In this document: positions 26,580 through 35,731 of the stretch, one piece after another
How the letters are laid out: the number at the start of each line of letters is the position of its first letter
How positions within the stretch are numbered: position 1 is the first letter of the stretch
Assembly (NCBI GenBank): GCA_964012805.1
Contig: CAXGUD010000005.1
Location: forward strand, 32,001-96,000
DNA: 64,000 bases
Reading direction: 5' to 3'
From: an uncultured Bacteriovoracaceae bacterium
GTDB lineage: Bacteria > Bdellovibrionota > Bacteriovoracia > Bacteriovoracales > Bacteriovoracaceae
The notes under the pieces: generated by a model
Database searches by the model: none
Told to the model about the DNA's origin: nothing
Seen by the model: only the letters and a program-made list of their open reading frames with translations
Translations under genes and position numbers: made by a program

Positions 26580-26726
26580 ACGATAATCCTTAGTTTATTC
26601 TCTAAATTAAAAATAACCAATCTAAACAAAAAATAAATAAAAGGGAAGATTCTTTGCAGTACTCTTTCCCTTAAAAAAAGACTCTATCCATCTCACTGTC
26701 GGATTCTTTTAAAAGGAAGTTTAATT

Positions 26727-27713
26727 ATGGATAAATTTCAAGCTTTTAGATGCTTTAAAGAAGACAAAAAAATCTATGGGAAACTAACCGAAATAACTCT
26801 CGAAGATTTGGATAAAGGCGATCTTATCGTTGAAGCCAAATACTCGAGTGTCAATTTTAAAGATGCGTTAGGGGCAACTGGAAAAGGACATATTTTTAAA
26901 AAATGGCCTATTAATGGGGGCATCGACGTTTCTGGGATAGTCCTTGAATCAAAATCTCCCTCATTTAAAAAAGGTGATTTAGTTCTTGTAACAGGTTGTG
27001 GCCTGGGTGAAGCCCATGATGGAGGCTATTCAAAGTTTGTCCGAATTTCCTCTGAATGGGCGATACCAATCCCAAAAAACCTCTCGTTAGAGGAGTCCAT
27101 GATCTTTGGTACTGCTGGATTTACAGCAGGTATTTGCCTCCACAGGATGGAAGTTAATGATCAAACACCAGAGAAGGGGCCGATTGCAGTGACAGGCGCA
27201 AGTGGAGGCGTTGGTAGTTTTGGAGTTATGATGATGGCCAAAAAAGGATATGAAGTGGTTGCTATTTCTGGAAAAGAATCATCCCATGACTACCTAAAAC
27301 AGCTTGGAGCTTCTAAAGTTGTCTCACTCGAAAAGTTAGAATTAGGATCAAGACCTTTAGAAAAAGGAAAGTTTGGTGGGGCCATAGACAATCTTGGCGG
27401 AGAAGCATTGGCAAAATTGCTGGCCCATATTAGCCCATGGGGGAATGTAGCAAGTGTTGGATTAGCCGCCCACCATGGACTTCAATCAACTGTTATGCCC
27501 TTCATACTAAGAGGAGTCAGTATGCTGGGAATCAGCTCAGCAAATTGCCCCATGGATCTAAGAAAAAAGATTTGGGATAGAATAGCTTCAGAATTAAAAC
27601 CAGAAACAATATCTAATATGGTTCATAAAAAAATTAAGCTAGAGGATCTTCCAACAGCATTTGAAGATATTCTTAACCGTAAAGTTCAAGGTAGAATCAT
27701 TGTAGAAATCTGA
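26727..27713 (+). CDS. acuI: YhdH/YhfP family NADPH acryloyl-CoA reductase (MDR family)
   Basis: YSSVNFKDAL, GTAGFTA, VTGASGGVGS, TVMPFILRGV. Confidence 0.88.
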   Translation: MDKFQAFRCFKEDKKIYGKLTEITLEDLDKGDLIVEAKYSSVNFKDALGATGKGHIFKKWPINGGIDVSGIVLESKSPSFKKGDLVLVTGCGLGEAHDGGYSKFVRISSEWAIPIPKNLSLEESMIFGTAGFTAGICLHRMEVNDQTPEKGPIAVTGASGGVGSFGVMMMAKKGYEVVAISGKESSHDYLKQLGASKVVSLEKLELGSRPLEKGKFGGAIDNLGGEALAKLLAHISPWGNVASVGLAAHHGLQSTVMPFILRGVSMLGISSANCPMDLRKKIWDRIASELKPETISNMVHKKIKLEDLPTAFEDILNRKVQGRIIVEI

Positions 27714-28538
27714 TTAGCCCTTTCTAAGAAGCACAAGGTTTTTCTTCTTTCTTAAAATATTGAATAAAGGGGTTTTAAAAACCTGGTGCCTGAATCCATC
27801 CATAAAACCTAAACTATCTTTAATTTTCAACCTGGGCTCGTATTTACAAAACTCTTCCGGAGAAGATGCCCCCCATGTAAAGTTGACATCAAATTGCTCC
27901 ATAACCGGCATCATCCACTCTTTTTTTATTAAAAAAGGAGACATAAAATCCAAAATAAGAGAGTAATGTGAAAAATATTTATTTAAAATTGAAAAAAACT
28001 TTTTAATCTTTTCCTCATCGAGATACATTGTTAATCCTTCAATAATGATAATAGGATCATTGACTCCTTTAAAATTTAATGGCCAAGACTCATCTAGAAT
28101 ATCAAAGGCGGTCATCTTATTTTCTAAACTCTCCTCAAAAAAAAGCTTCCTCACTTCAATGACTTGGGGAAGATCACAATCAAACCATTTTTGAAATTGA
28201 AATTTTTCCCTCATTCTTTCAAAGCGCGTGTCAAGACCACAGGCCAGGTTAATAACTGTAGAACCCTCTTCTCTTTCCAGAATCTCTTTTTTTAGTAAGT
28301 AATCAATCCCCTTCGTCCGCAAGATAATTCCTTTTTTTAAAAGAAAAAAAAGATGTGTTTTTTTTATAGGGTCATTTATCAATCTATAAATAGTTTCAAT
28401 ATATGAGTCAGAATAGGAAAGACTGGGGTCAATTGATGCTTCGAATTTTGCTTTTAAAGTTAAAAGAAGAGTTTTTGGAACCTTCTCCAAATGAGTCACA
28501 TCAACTTTATTTTTATTCTCCGATTTTAACGGTGCCAT
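27714..28538 (-). CDS. Class I SAM methyltransferase (LCM/TcmP-like O-methyltransferase family)
   Basis: VPKTLLLTL, VINLACGLDTRF, DLPQVIEVRK, IIIEGLTMYL. Confidence 0.85.
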   Translation of the reverse strand: MAPLKSENKNKVDVTHLEKVPKTLLLTLKAKFEASIDPSLSYSDSYIETIYRLINDPIKKTHLFFLLKKGIILRTKGIDYLLKKEILEREEGSTVINLACGLDTRFERMREKFQFQKWFDCDLPQVIEVRKLFFEESLENKMTAFDILDESWPLNFKGVNDPIIIIEGLTMYLDEEKIKKFFSILNKYFSHYSLILDFMSPFLIKKEWMMPVMEQFDVNFTWGASSPEEFCKYEPRLKIKDSLGFMDGFRHQVFKTPLFNILRKKKNLVLLRKG

Positions 28539-28581
28539 TACCTCTTAATCGGAGAATGCAAAATAAAGTTTATAAACAGAT

Positions 28582-29502
28582 TTAATTTTTAGAAGAACAC
28601 TTACTCCAAGAAATATTTTTGTCTTTGTCATTATCAATGATTTGACTAATATGCTTAGCAGTGATGTCCGAACGATCTAACCTTTTCTCATTAGGGTTTG
28701 AATCATACTTTTCTGGAACCGGGTCATCATCAACAATAACATTATGATCAGCTGGCTCCATAATAGGCTTATTCAAAGTGACGTGAGTCAAAGTAGGAAG
28801 ATCCATCCTTTTAAATATTTCATCTACAGTCTTTTGGATAAGTGACTCGTCAGTTACTCCATTTAATGTCTTATAGCGAGGTCCTTTTCTTAAGTTTCCT
28901 CTTTTTTTAGGCTCTAAAATTTGATCAACTAAACCTAATTCTTTGACTTCCTCTGCGCTCATGAAAACGTCTCTTGAAGAACGAAGAAGGCTTTTCCAAA
29001 AATCGAGTGGCATTCTTGTATTTTTCGATAAAATTTTAGCAAAAGTATTAGATATCCAATCCAGCTCAGTAGATTCCATTTTTATATCTGTTGTAGATCC
29101 CGATATCTCTTCTGTTTTAGCAGCATGACACATAAATCTTGTATGGGGTAAACACTGCCTGATATCACCTGCACTAAAAATAATAAAGCCTGCGCTCATT
29201 ATAGGACCGGAAGCAATAATTTTGATTTGACAGGTTGAAGACTCCAAACGGTCTATAATTTTTAGCGCAGAGTAAACACAACCTCCAAAAGTGGAAAGGT
29301 GGACTTCAATAGGCTTTCTTGAAAACTCATCTTCCATTCTATCCAAAACTCTACTGAACATTTCGGCACTCTCTGGGCTTATCTCACCTATTTGAGAATC
29401 CGCAGAAAGGCAGTTAACAGGCGTTCCCAGATAAACGCGCCTTTGTTTAAGGTCGTAGCCAAATACGACAAGTTCATCGACAGGAGTTTTTTTGATCGGC
29501 AT
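28582..29502 (-). CDS. ClpP-like serine protease with C-terminal extension
   Basis: TFGGCV, IMSAG (Ser), RFMCH (His), RDVFMSAEE..LGLVD (Asp); ATG 29502 follows AAGGAGG. Confidence 0.8.
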   Translation of the reverse strand: MPIKKTPVDELVVFGYDLKQRRVYLGTPVNCLSADSQIGEISPESAEMFSRVLDRMEDEFSRKPIEVHLSTFGGCVYSALKIIDRLESSTCQIKIIASGPIMSAGFIIFSAGDIRQCLPHTRFMCHAAKTEEISGSTTDIKMESTELDWISNTFAKILSKNTRMPLDFWKSLLRSSRDVFMSAEEVKELGLVDQILEPKKRGNLRKGPRYKTLNGVTDESLIQKTVDEIFKRMDLPTLTHVTLNKPIMEPADHNVIVDDDPVPEKYDSNPNEKRLDRSDITAKHISQIIDNDKDKNISWSKCSSKN

Positions 29503-29641
29503 TTTTTCCTCCTTTATTTTGACTGTTAGAAGTGCAAATGGACCACAAGACCCCCTGTTTATAGGCCTGCTGAAGGCCAAAAGGAATGACCTTTAGCATT
29601 ACAAAATTCAAATTTGACATATTTTTGGAGACTTAGATTTT

Positions 29642-29751
29642 GGCCAATTTTTGAAAAAACGTTGTCTAAACGGAACAACACAACAAGTCATTTAGACCCA
29701 CCTTCCCATTCCATAATTTCTTAAGATGGAAAGACAGGTCCAAAATTGGCC
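29642..29751 (-). other. Structured intergenic element (closing stem plus two hairpins)
   Basis: GGCCAATTTT/AAAATTGGCC ends; inner GTCTAAA/TTTAGAC and TTCCAT/ATGGAA stems. Confidence 0.4.
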
Positions 29752-31637
29752 TAGTAAATGGCAATATCTTTTTTAATAGGAACTAATGAAGTTCCGGAGA
29801 TTTTTAGGTTCATCATGGTCGCAGGACTTTTTGCAGAATCACCCTTCACGTCTTTTGTTAAGAACAGAATTGTTTTAAAGGTAAACCGGTTTTTAATTAA
29901 CCCCTCTCCAAATTTAGCAAAGGATTTAACAAAGGACTTATAATCTAGCTTATTTTTATGCTGATACATTTCTCTTAATCCATTATAGGCTTTTTCCATG
30001 GCCTGTTTCGTTTGAGTTGTCTTCTTTTTTTGACAAGTCAATCTTCTATTCATGCATACATCTAGGTATTTCCAATCTCCATCAAAAAACTGCTTAGCAT
30101 CGGTCATCCCTAAATTAACAAACTGATTCTTAGATAATTTTTGCGCCATATTCATCAAGTGATCTGTAGCAAGGTTTGATATTCTTAAATCCAACTCAAT
30201 TTGAATAGTCCCTAACTTAATTTTATCGGGAATATTTATTTTAAGTTGGTTCTGAAAACCAATTTTTCTCTCTAGATACTTAAGTTCTTTTTTCAGCTTT
30301 TTTCCATCAACCTTGTTTCTGATATAAACGTATTTGTAACTTCCAGAATATCTCCTCATCACAGGATCATTTGAATTAGGGTCTATTGGAGCGACTTTTT
30401 GATAATTGCCGCTAAACATTCTTGTTCTTTGAGCATTTTTACTAAGCCATCCACCTGTTTCATACTCTTTATTATAAACTCCAAGCAATGTTGTTCCTAT
30501 AGTGTCTTCATCGAGGTGTTTACTATTTGAAACAGAAAAACTCTGACCTTTGCTGTAATTGGAACTAATTAAAAAAGGAATGCTTACGCCAACCGATTTA
30601 GATCTTGTTTTAGTTTTCGTTTTTGTTTCATCAATTTGCCGAATTCCAAAAGATTTAGCATTACCTAGAGCTGCAGCAACATTAGCAGGGACCAGGTTTC
30701 CCGCTAAAAATTCCTTATAAATACTTAATGCATCTAGATCGACCGTGATGCCTTCCCAAGGCTTCATTCCCTTTGCAGGAAAAAACTTAACTTTCGCCTT
30801 CTTTTTCGCATCTAAATCAAAATGATAGGTCCAACTTTTGGCCTTATCAACCATCTTAGAATAAGCAGCTCCTGCGACCATAACAGAGGCATTAACATTC
30901 CAACCCTTTCCCTTGGCCCTCTCCATCGTAACTTCTACATCATAGGGTGCTTTTGATTTATCTAATTTTTTTACACCAATATTAAAAGTACTCGACCCCA
31001 TAAGAGTTGCCCCAACTGCTGCTGGGCCAAATCCAGCTCCTGCAGCAAAAGCAATATCCTTAGTGGAAGTCCAGCTTAAAAAATCTTCTTCATGCCATTT
31101 ACTTAAATCTTGTTTACTTCTTGGTATTTTTGGCTTTGGAAGGTTTTTAGCATTTCTAAAGTCCTTAATCCAACGGCTGGCAACAATATTCCTCCCATAT
31201 GTTCCCGTAAGAGTTAAAGTCGCAGCCGGAAGTAACATACCACTTCCAAAAATGGCACTCGTTAACCCACCTCCTATATTCCAGTTTTTATGCTGGATTA
31301 CTCTATAGCCTGCTCTATTATTTTTTAACCTCATAACTCCATCAGCGTCCCTAACCATATTTTCTGGCTTCAAGGCTTCTGGTTTTGGGTCAACAGCAAT
31401 AATCCTTTTAAAAATATTGAGTGAGCCAGTCACGTTGGGCCATACACCAAAGCCGTGCGTCCCCATCATACTGTCAGTCTTTTCCAAAGGAAAAGGAAAA
31501 TTGTGAGTTAAGGACCCATCTGGCTGAATAACAATTTGAGCTGGAAGCCAGAAATCAGCACTAAAAGATTTAACTGAAAGTAAAAGAAAACTCGTTAGAG
31601 CTACAATGAACTTCTTTAGAAAAGGTTTCTTCGTCAT
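29751..31637 (-). CDS. Secreted hypothetical protein, 628 aa
   Basis: Signal peptide ending in ..VKSFSA; GAGGTG RBS; no family recognised. Confidence 0.75.
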   Translation of the reverse strand: MTKKPFLKKFIVALTSFLLLSVKSFSADFWLPAQIVIQPDGSLTHNFPFPLEKTDSMMGTHGFGVWPNVTGSLNIFKRIIAVDPKPEALKPENMVRDADGVMRLKNNRAGYRVIQHKNWNIGGGLTSAIFGSGMLLPAATLTLTGTYGRNIVASRWIKDFRNAKNLPKPKIPRSKQDLSKWHEEDFLSWTSTKDIAFAAGAGFGPAAVGATLMGSSTFNIGVKKLDKSKAPYDVEVTMERAKGKGWNVNASVMVAGAAYSKMVDKAKSWTYHFDLDAKKKAKVKFFPAKGMKPWEGITVDLDALSIYKEFLAGNLVPANVAAALGNAKSFGIRQIDETKTKTKTRSKSVGVSIPFLISSNYSKGQSFSVSNSKHLDEDTIGTTLLGVYNKEYETGGWLSKNAQRTRMFSGNYQKVAPIDPNSNDPVMRRYSGSYKYVYIRNKVDGKKLKKELKYLERKIGFQNQLKINIPDKIKLGTIQIELDLRISNLATDHLMNMAQKLSKNQFVNLGMTDAKQFFDGDWKYLDVCMNRRLTCQKKKTTQTKQAMEKAYNGLREMYQHKNKLDYKSFVKSFAKFGEGLIKNRFTFKTILFLTKDVKGDSAKSPATMMNLKISGTSLVPIKKDIAIY

Positions 31638-31874
31638 TTTTCAACACCTCAGAAATATGGCAAAAAGTATATAAATTGAATTCCTAGGATCTTGGTCGGT
31701 TTTTTCTTAAAAAAAATTAAATAATAAAACAAAGTATTCATTTTTTTTATTTGATTAGTGAAAAAAAAATTTAAGGATAAAAAAAACATATAAATTTTGT
31801 CTAAATTCTTTTTAAAAAAAATATATTGAGTTTTATCTCTTTAAATGAAAAAATTATCATCTTAAAAAACCTAA

Positions 31875-31894
31875 TTAACTAAACAGTTAGTTAA
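31875..31894. promoter_or_regulatory. Palindromic operator candidate (TetR-type) upstream of the lipid-modification operon
   Basis: TTAACTAA-acag-TTAGTTAA, about 50 nt before the first gene; a TetR gene lies in the operon. Confidence 0.55.
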
Positions 31895-31942
31895 ATAAAA
31901 ATTTAAACGTCATTTGACAATGCGCTACTAAGGCTTATTGAT

Positions 31943-32680
31943 ATGTATTTAACAGTTTTAATTTTCTTAATAATTCACTGGTATCTATCTCTTTTTTGCC
32001 AAAGTTTTTTTCTCCATAGATACGCTGCACATAGAATGTTCAAGATGAACTCTTTTTTTGAAAAGTTTTTTTATATTTTAACTTTTATTTCTCAAGGTCC
32101 CTCGTTCTTAAATCCTTCTGCCTACGCAGAAATGCACAGAAGACACCACTCCTATAGTGATACAGAAAAAGATCCTCACTCACCTCATTTTCATAACTCT
32201 CTTTCCTCCTTAATGAAAAAGACATACTCGGAATATATGTCCCTATTAGACGAAAACTTTGTCTTTAAAAAAATTAATCATACCCCTAAGTGGACTTTTT
32301 TAGACAGACTTGCAGACTCTTGGTTTACTAGAATCACTTGGATTCTTATTTACACAGCTCTTTACCTTCACTTTAGTAACCTCTGGTTGGCCCTCATTTG
32401 TGTTCCGATACACTCCCTAATGGGACCAATTCATGGTGCAATTGTTAACTGGTGTGGGCATAAATACGGTTATAGAAACTTTGATTTAGGAGACAAATCT
32501 AAAAATACTCTCTTTCTTGATTTTCTTATGATGGGGGAACTTTACCAAAATAACCATCACCATCACCCTCAAAAGCTTAACTTTGCTATCCGCTGGTTTG
32601 AAAAAGACCCTGTCTATATGATGGCCAAAATAATGGAAAAACTTCGTGTAATTAAAATAAAGGAGTCCCAAACATGTTAG
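31943..32680 (+). CDS. Acyl-CoA / fatty acid desaturase (delta-9-like)
   Basis: HRYAAH, HRRHH..SD...DPHSP, GELYQNNHH. Confidence 0.9.
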   Translation: MYLTVLIFLIIHWYLSLFCQSFFLHRYAAHRMFKMNSFFEKFFYILTFISQGPSFLNPSAYAEMHRRHHSYSDTEKDPHSPHFHNSLSSLMKKTYSEYMSLLDENFVFKKINHTPKWTFLDRLADSWFTRITWILIYTALYLHFSNLWLALICVPIHSLMGPIHGAIVNWCGHKYGYRNFDLGDKSKNTLFLDFLMMGELYQNNHHHHPQKLNFAIRWFEKDPVYMMAKIMEKLRVIKIKESQTC

Positions 32681-33696
32681 GAAATTACCTTTTAGAAAAA
32701 AACCTCTTACCAGACTCTCTCATAAAATGGAAAATTAAAGGCCTTTTGGGACAAAGACTAAAAGACGAAAACCAGGGAAGTATTGAAAAAAATAGTATCC
32801 ACTTAAAAAAACTCTGCTCAGAGTTATCATCAGGACCAATAGCAGAGCAAGTTCAAGCGGCCAATGAGCAACACTATGAAGTTCCAACGGAGTTTTATAA
32901 AAAAGTCTTAGGGAAACATTTAAAGTATAGTTGCTGCCTCTGGAATAAGGCAAAAAGTCTTGACGAAGCAGAATTAGAAATGCTCGAAGCCTATGCGGAA
33001 AGAGCGGAACTAAAAAATGGTCAAACTATTCTCGACCTAGGTTGCGGCTGGGGTTCTCTAAGTCTTTTTCTTGCAAAAAAATATCCAGATTCAAAAATTA
33101 TCAGTGTATCAAACTCATCAACTCAAAAAGCTTATATAGACTCAGAAATAGAAAAAAGGAAATTACATAATTTAAATGTCATCACCCAAAATATAAATAA
33201 CTTCCAAACAGACATTCAATTCGACAGAGTTCTCTCTATTGAAATGTTTGAACATATGAGAAATTATAAAGAGCTACTTGGTAAGGTTTCATCTTTTTTA
33301 AAAAATGATGGTAAATTATTTGTCCATATTTTTGTACATAAAGATTATACCTACTATTTTGATGTAAAAGATGAAACAGATTGGATGAGCCGATACTTTT
33401 TCAGTGGTGGAATTATGCCAAGTGAACATCTTCTCTATTATTTCAATGAACATTTAAAAATTGAAAAAACCTGGACGGTTTCTGGTGAGCACTACAAAAA
33501 AACCTCTTATGGCTGGCTGGATAATATGGATGCCAATAAAGATGAAATACTAAAATTATTCAAAAAATGTTATGGCGAAGGTCAAGAAAAAAAATGGTTT
33601 AGCTATTGGAGGGTTTTCTTCTTATCATGTGCAGAATTGTGGGGGTTTGAAGATGGTAACGAGTGGTATGTAGGGCACTACCTTTTAAAAAAATAA
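32674..33696 (+). CDS. CFA-synthase-like SAM methyltransferase (coclaurine N-methyltransferase-like clade)
   Basis: ANEQHYEVP, LKYSCC, LDLGCGWGS, SIEMFEHMRN, FFSGGIMPS, CAELWG. Confidence 0.88.
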   Translation: MLGNYLLEKNLLPDSLIKWKIKGLLGQRLKDENQGSIEKNSIHLKKLCSELSSGPIAEQVQAANEQHYEVPTEFYKKVLGKHLKYSCCLWNKAKSLDEAELEMLEAYAERAELKNGQTILDLGCGWGSLSLFLAKKYPDSKIISVSNSSTQKAYIDSEIEKRKLHNLNVITQNINNFQTDIQFDRVLSIEMFEHMRNYKELLGKVSSFLKNDGKLFVHIFVHKDYTYYFDVKDETDWMSRYFFSGGIMPSEHLLYYFNEHLKIEKTWTVSGEHYKKTSYGWLDNMDANKDEILKLFKKCYGEGQEKKWFSYWRVFFLSCAELWGFEDGNEWYVGHYLLKK

Positions 33697-33716
33697 TTAA
33701 ATGATAAGAGGGAAAA

Positions 33717-34976
33717 ATGAAACAAAAAATGGCGGTCATAGGCACTGGTATCGCAGGAATGTCGGCAGCATACTTTCTTCATAAAGATTATGATCTCACT
33801 GTTTTTGAAAAAAAAGACTATATAGGTGGGCATTCAAATACAATTGATGTAAAAAAACCAGAGGAGGCATCTTTTGATACAGGCTTTATGGTTTTTAATT
33901 TTGAAACATATCCTAACCTTGTAAAGCTTTTTAAAAAATTGGATGTGAAAATAAAAAAAAGCGATATGAGCTTTAGTGTCCAAAATAAGACAAAGGGCCT
34001 GGAATATTCAGGATCAAGTCTTAACCACCTTTTTTCTCAACGAAAAAACCTTCTTAATCCCTCCTACTATAAGTTTCTAATGGAGATTAATAGGTTTAAT
34101 CAAAATGCTCCTAAATTACTTGAAGGTACTCGCAATGAATACTTAACAATAGGAGAATACATTGAAAACGAACGGTATTCTTCATCTTTTCTTGAAGATT
34201 ACCTGATCCCGATGAGTTCTGCCGTTTGGTCCACCCCCCCAAATAAAATGCTGAATTTTCCAGTTACAACTTTAGTACAATTCTTTTTTAACCATGGTTT
34301 TTTGGGATTAAACACACAACACCAATGGTATACAGTTGATGGAGGTAGCAGGAATTATTGCAAAAAATTAACAAAACCATTTGCCGAAAAGATTCACATT
34401 AACTCTGCTGTTAGAGGCGTTTTTAAGGAAAAAGATGGAAGTGTGAGTATTCAAACAGATGATGGAAAACAAATTTTTGACAAAGTTGTCTTGGCCTGCC
34501 ATGGTGATGAGGCTTTAAGAATGCTTCAAAATCCGACTGAACAACAACTGAAAATATTAACTTCTTTTCGATATGAAAAAAATAGGGCAACCGTTCACAC
34601 AGATACCTCATTGATGCCATCAAAAAAAATGGCCTGGTCAAGTTGGAATTATATTTTTAGAAAAGTCGATAATGAAATAAGCGCCTCAACCGTTTACTAT
34701 ATGAATAAACTTCAAGGAGTTTCAAATAAAAATCATTTTTTTATTTCAATTAATGGTGAACAAGAAATTGATCAAGATAAAATATTAAAAGTAATAGATT
34801 ATGATCACCCTCTTTTTGATATCGAGGCAATAAAAGCTCAGAAGCTCCTCCCTAGCTTGAATAATGATACCTCCATCTACTTTACTGGTAGTTATTTTAG
34901 ATATGGGTTTCATGAAGATGCGTTACTCTCCTCCGTGAATCTATGTGAGTCCATACTAAAGCGGAGTGTCATTTGA
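33717..34976 (+). CDS. FAD-dependent oxidoreductase (COG2907 / UfaD-like)
   Basis: GTGIAG, GGHSNT, DTGFMVFN..TYPN, MSFSV, WSSWNY, YGFHED. Confidence 0.88.
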   Translation: MKQKMAVIGTGIAGMSAAYFLHKDYDLTVFEKKDYIGGHSNTIDVKKPEEASFDTGFMVFNFETYPNLVKLFKKLDVKIKKSDMSFSVQNKTKGLEYSGSSLNHLFSQRKNLLNPSYYKFLMEINRFNQNAPKLLEGTRNEYLTIGEYIENERYSSSFLEDYLIPMSSAVWSTPPNKMLNFPVTTLVQFFFNHGFLGLNTQHQWYTVDGGSRNYCKKLTKPFAEKIHINSAVRGVFKEKDGSVSIQTDDGKQIFDKVVLACHGDEALRMLQNPTEQQLKILTSFRYEKNRATVHTDTSLMPSKKMAWSSWNYIFRKVDNEISASTVYYMNKLQGVSNKNHFFISINGEQEIDQDKILKVIDYDHPLFDIEAIKAQKLLPSLNNDTSIYFTGSYFRYGFHEDALLSSVNLCESILKRSVI

Positions 34977-35731
34977 AGTCTAAAATATTTATAGGAAAAG
35001 TTCACCATATCAGGACTCGTCCTATTAAATATTCACTTTCTCTAAAACACTTTATGTTTTTTTTAGACTTAGATGACTTAGAAAGCCTTGATAATTTTTT
35101 TCCTTTACTCAGTTATAAAAGAAAAGGAATTTTTAATTTCAATAAAAAGGACCACTATATTTTTAACAAAAAAAATTTAAAAGATCATTTCAAAGACATA
35201 ACAAAAAAGGATATTCATAAAATATTTTTTCTAACAAATCTTAGGATATTTGGTTATGTATTTAATCCCATTAGTGTCTTTTTTTGTTTTGATAAAAACA
35301 AGAAGCTTTCTTCTGTTATTTATGAGGTTGGGAATACATTTAAAGAGCAAAAAATTTTCGATAAATCCATTGTAAAAAATAATAAAGCTTCGCTAAAAAC
35401 AAAAAAATTATTTTATGTCTCCCCATTTATTCCCTTAGATACAGTTTTTCATTTTTTTTCTCAAATAATTAGTGAAGAAAAAACTGAACAACTTTTTTTA
35501 AAAGTTGATAGTATTCAAAATGATTCTAAAATTCTCACAGCAACTTTTAGCTCAAAATCAAAAGAGATCAATTACAAGAATCTAATTTCTCTTATTTTTT
35601 CCTTTCCTTTTCAAACGCTGAGAATTATTTTCTTGATCCATTGGCATGCTTTTATACTTTGGTTTAAAAAATTGAAATATATAAAAAAGAATGAGAACAA
35701 AGATAAACAGACAGAGGTACTTTATGGATAA
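34973..35731 (+). CDS. DUF1365 family protein (UfaO-like)
   Basis: VHHIR..P, GYVFNPISVFFC, EVGNTF, FYVSPF, IHWHAF.LW.K. Confidence 0.88.
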   Translation: MKSKIFIGKVHHIRTRPIKYSLSLKHFMFFLDLDDLESLDNFFPLLSYKRKGIFNFNKKDHYIFNKKNLKDHFKDITKKDIHKIFFLTNLRIFGYVFNPISVFFCFDKNKKLSSVIYEVGNTFKEQKIFDKSIVKNNKASLKTKKLFYVSPFIPLDTVFHFFSQIISEEKTEQLFLKVDSIQNDSKILTATFSSKSKEINYKNLISLIFSFPFQTLRIIFLIHWHAFILWFKKLKYIKKNENKDKQTEVLYG

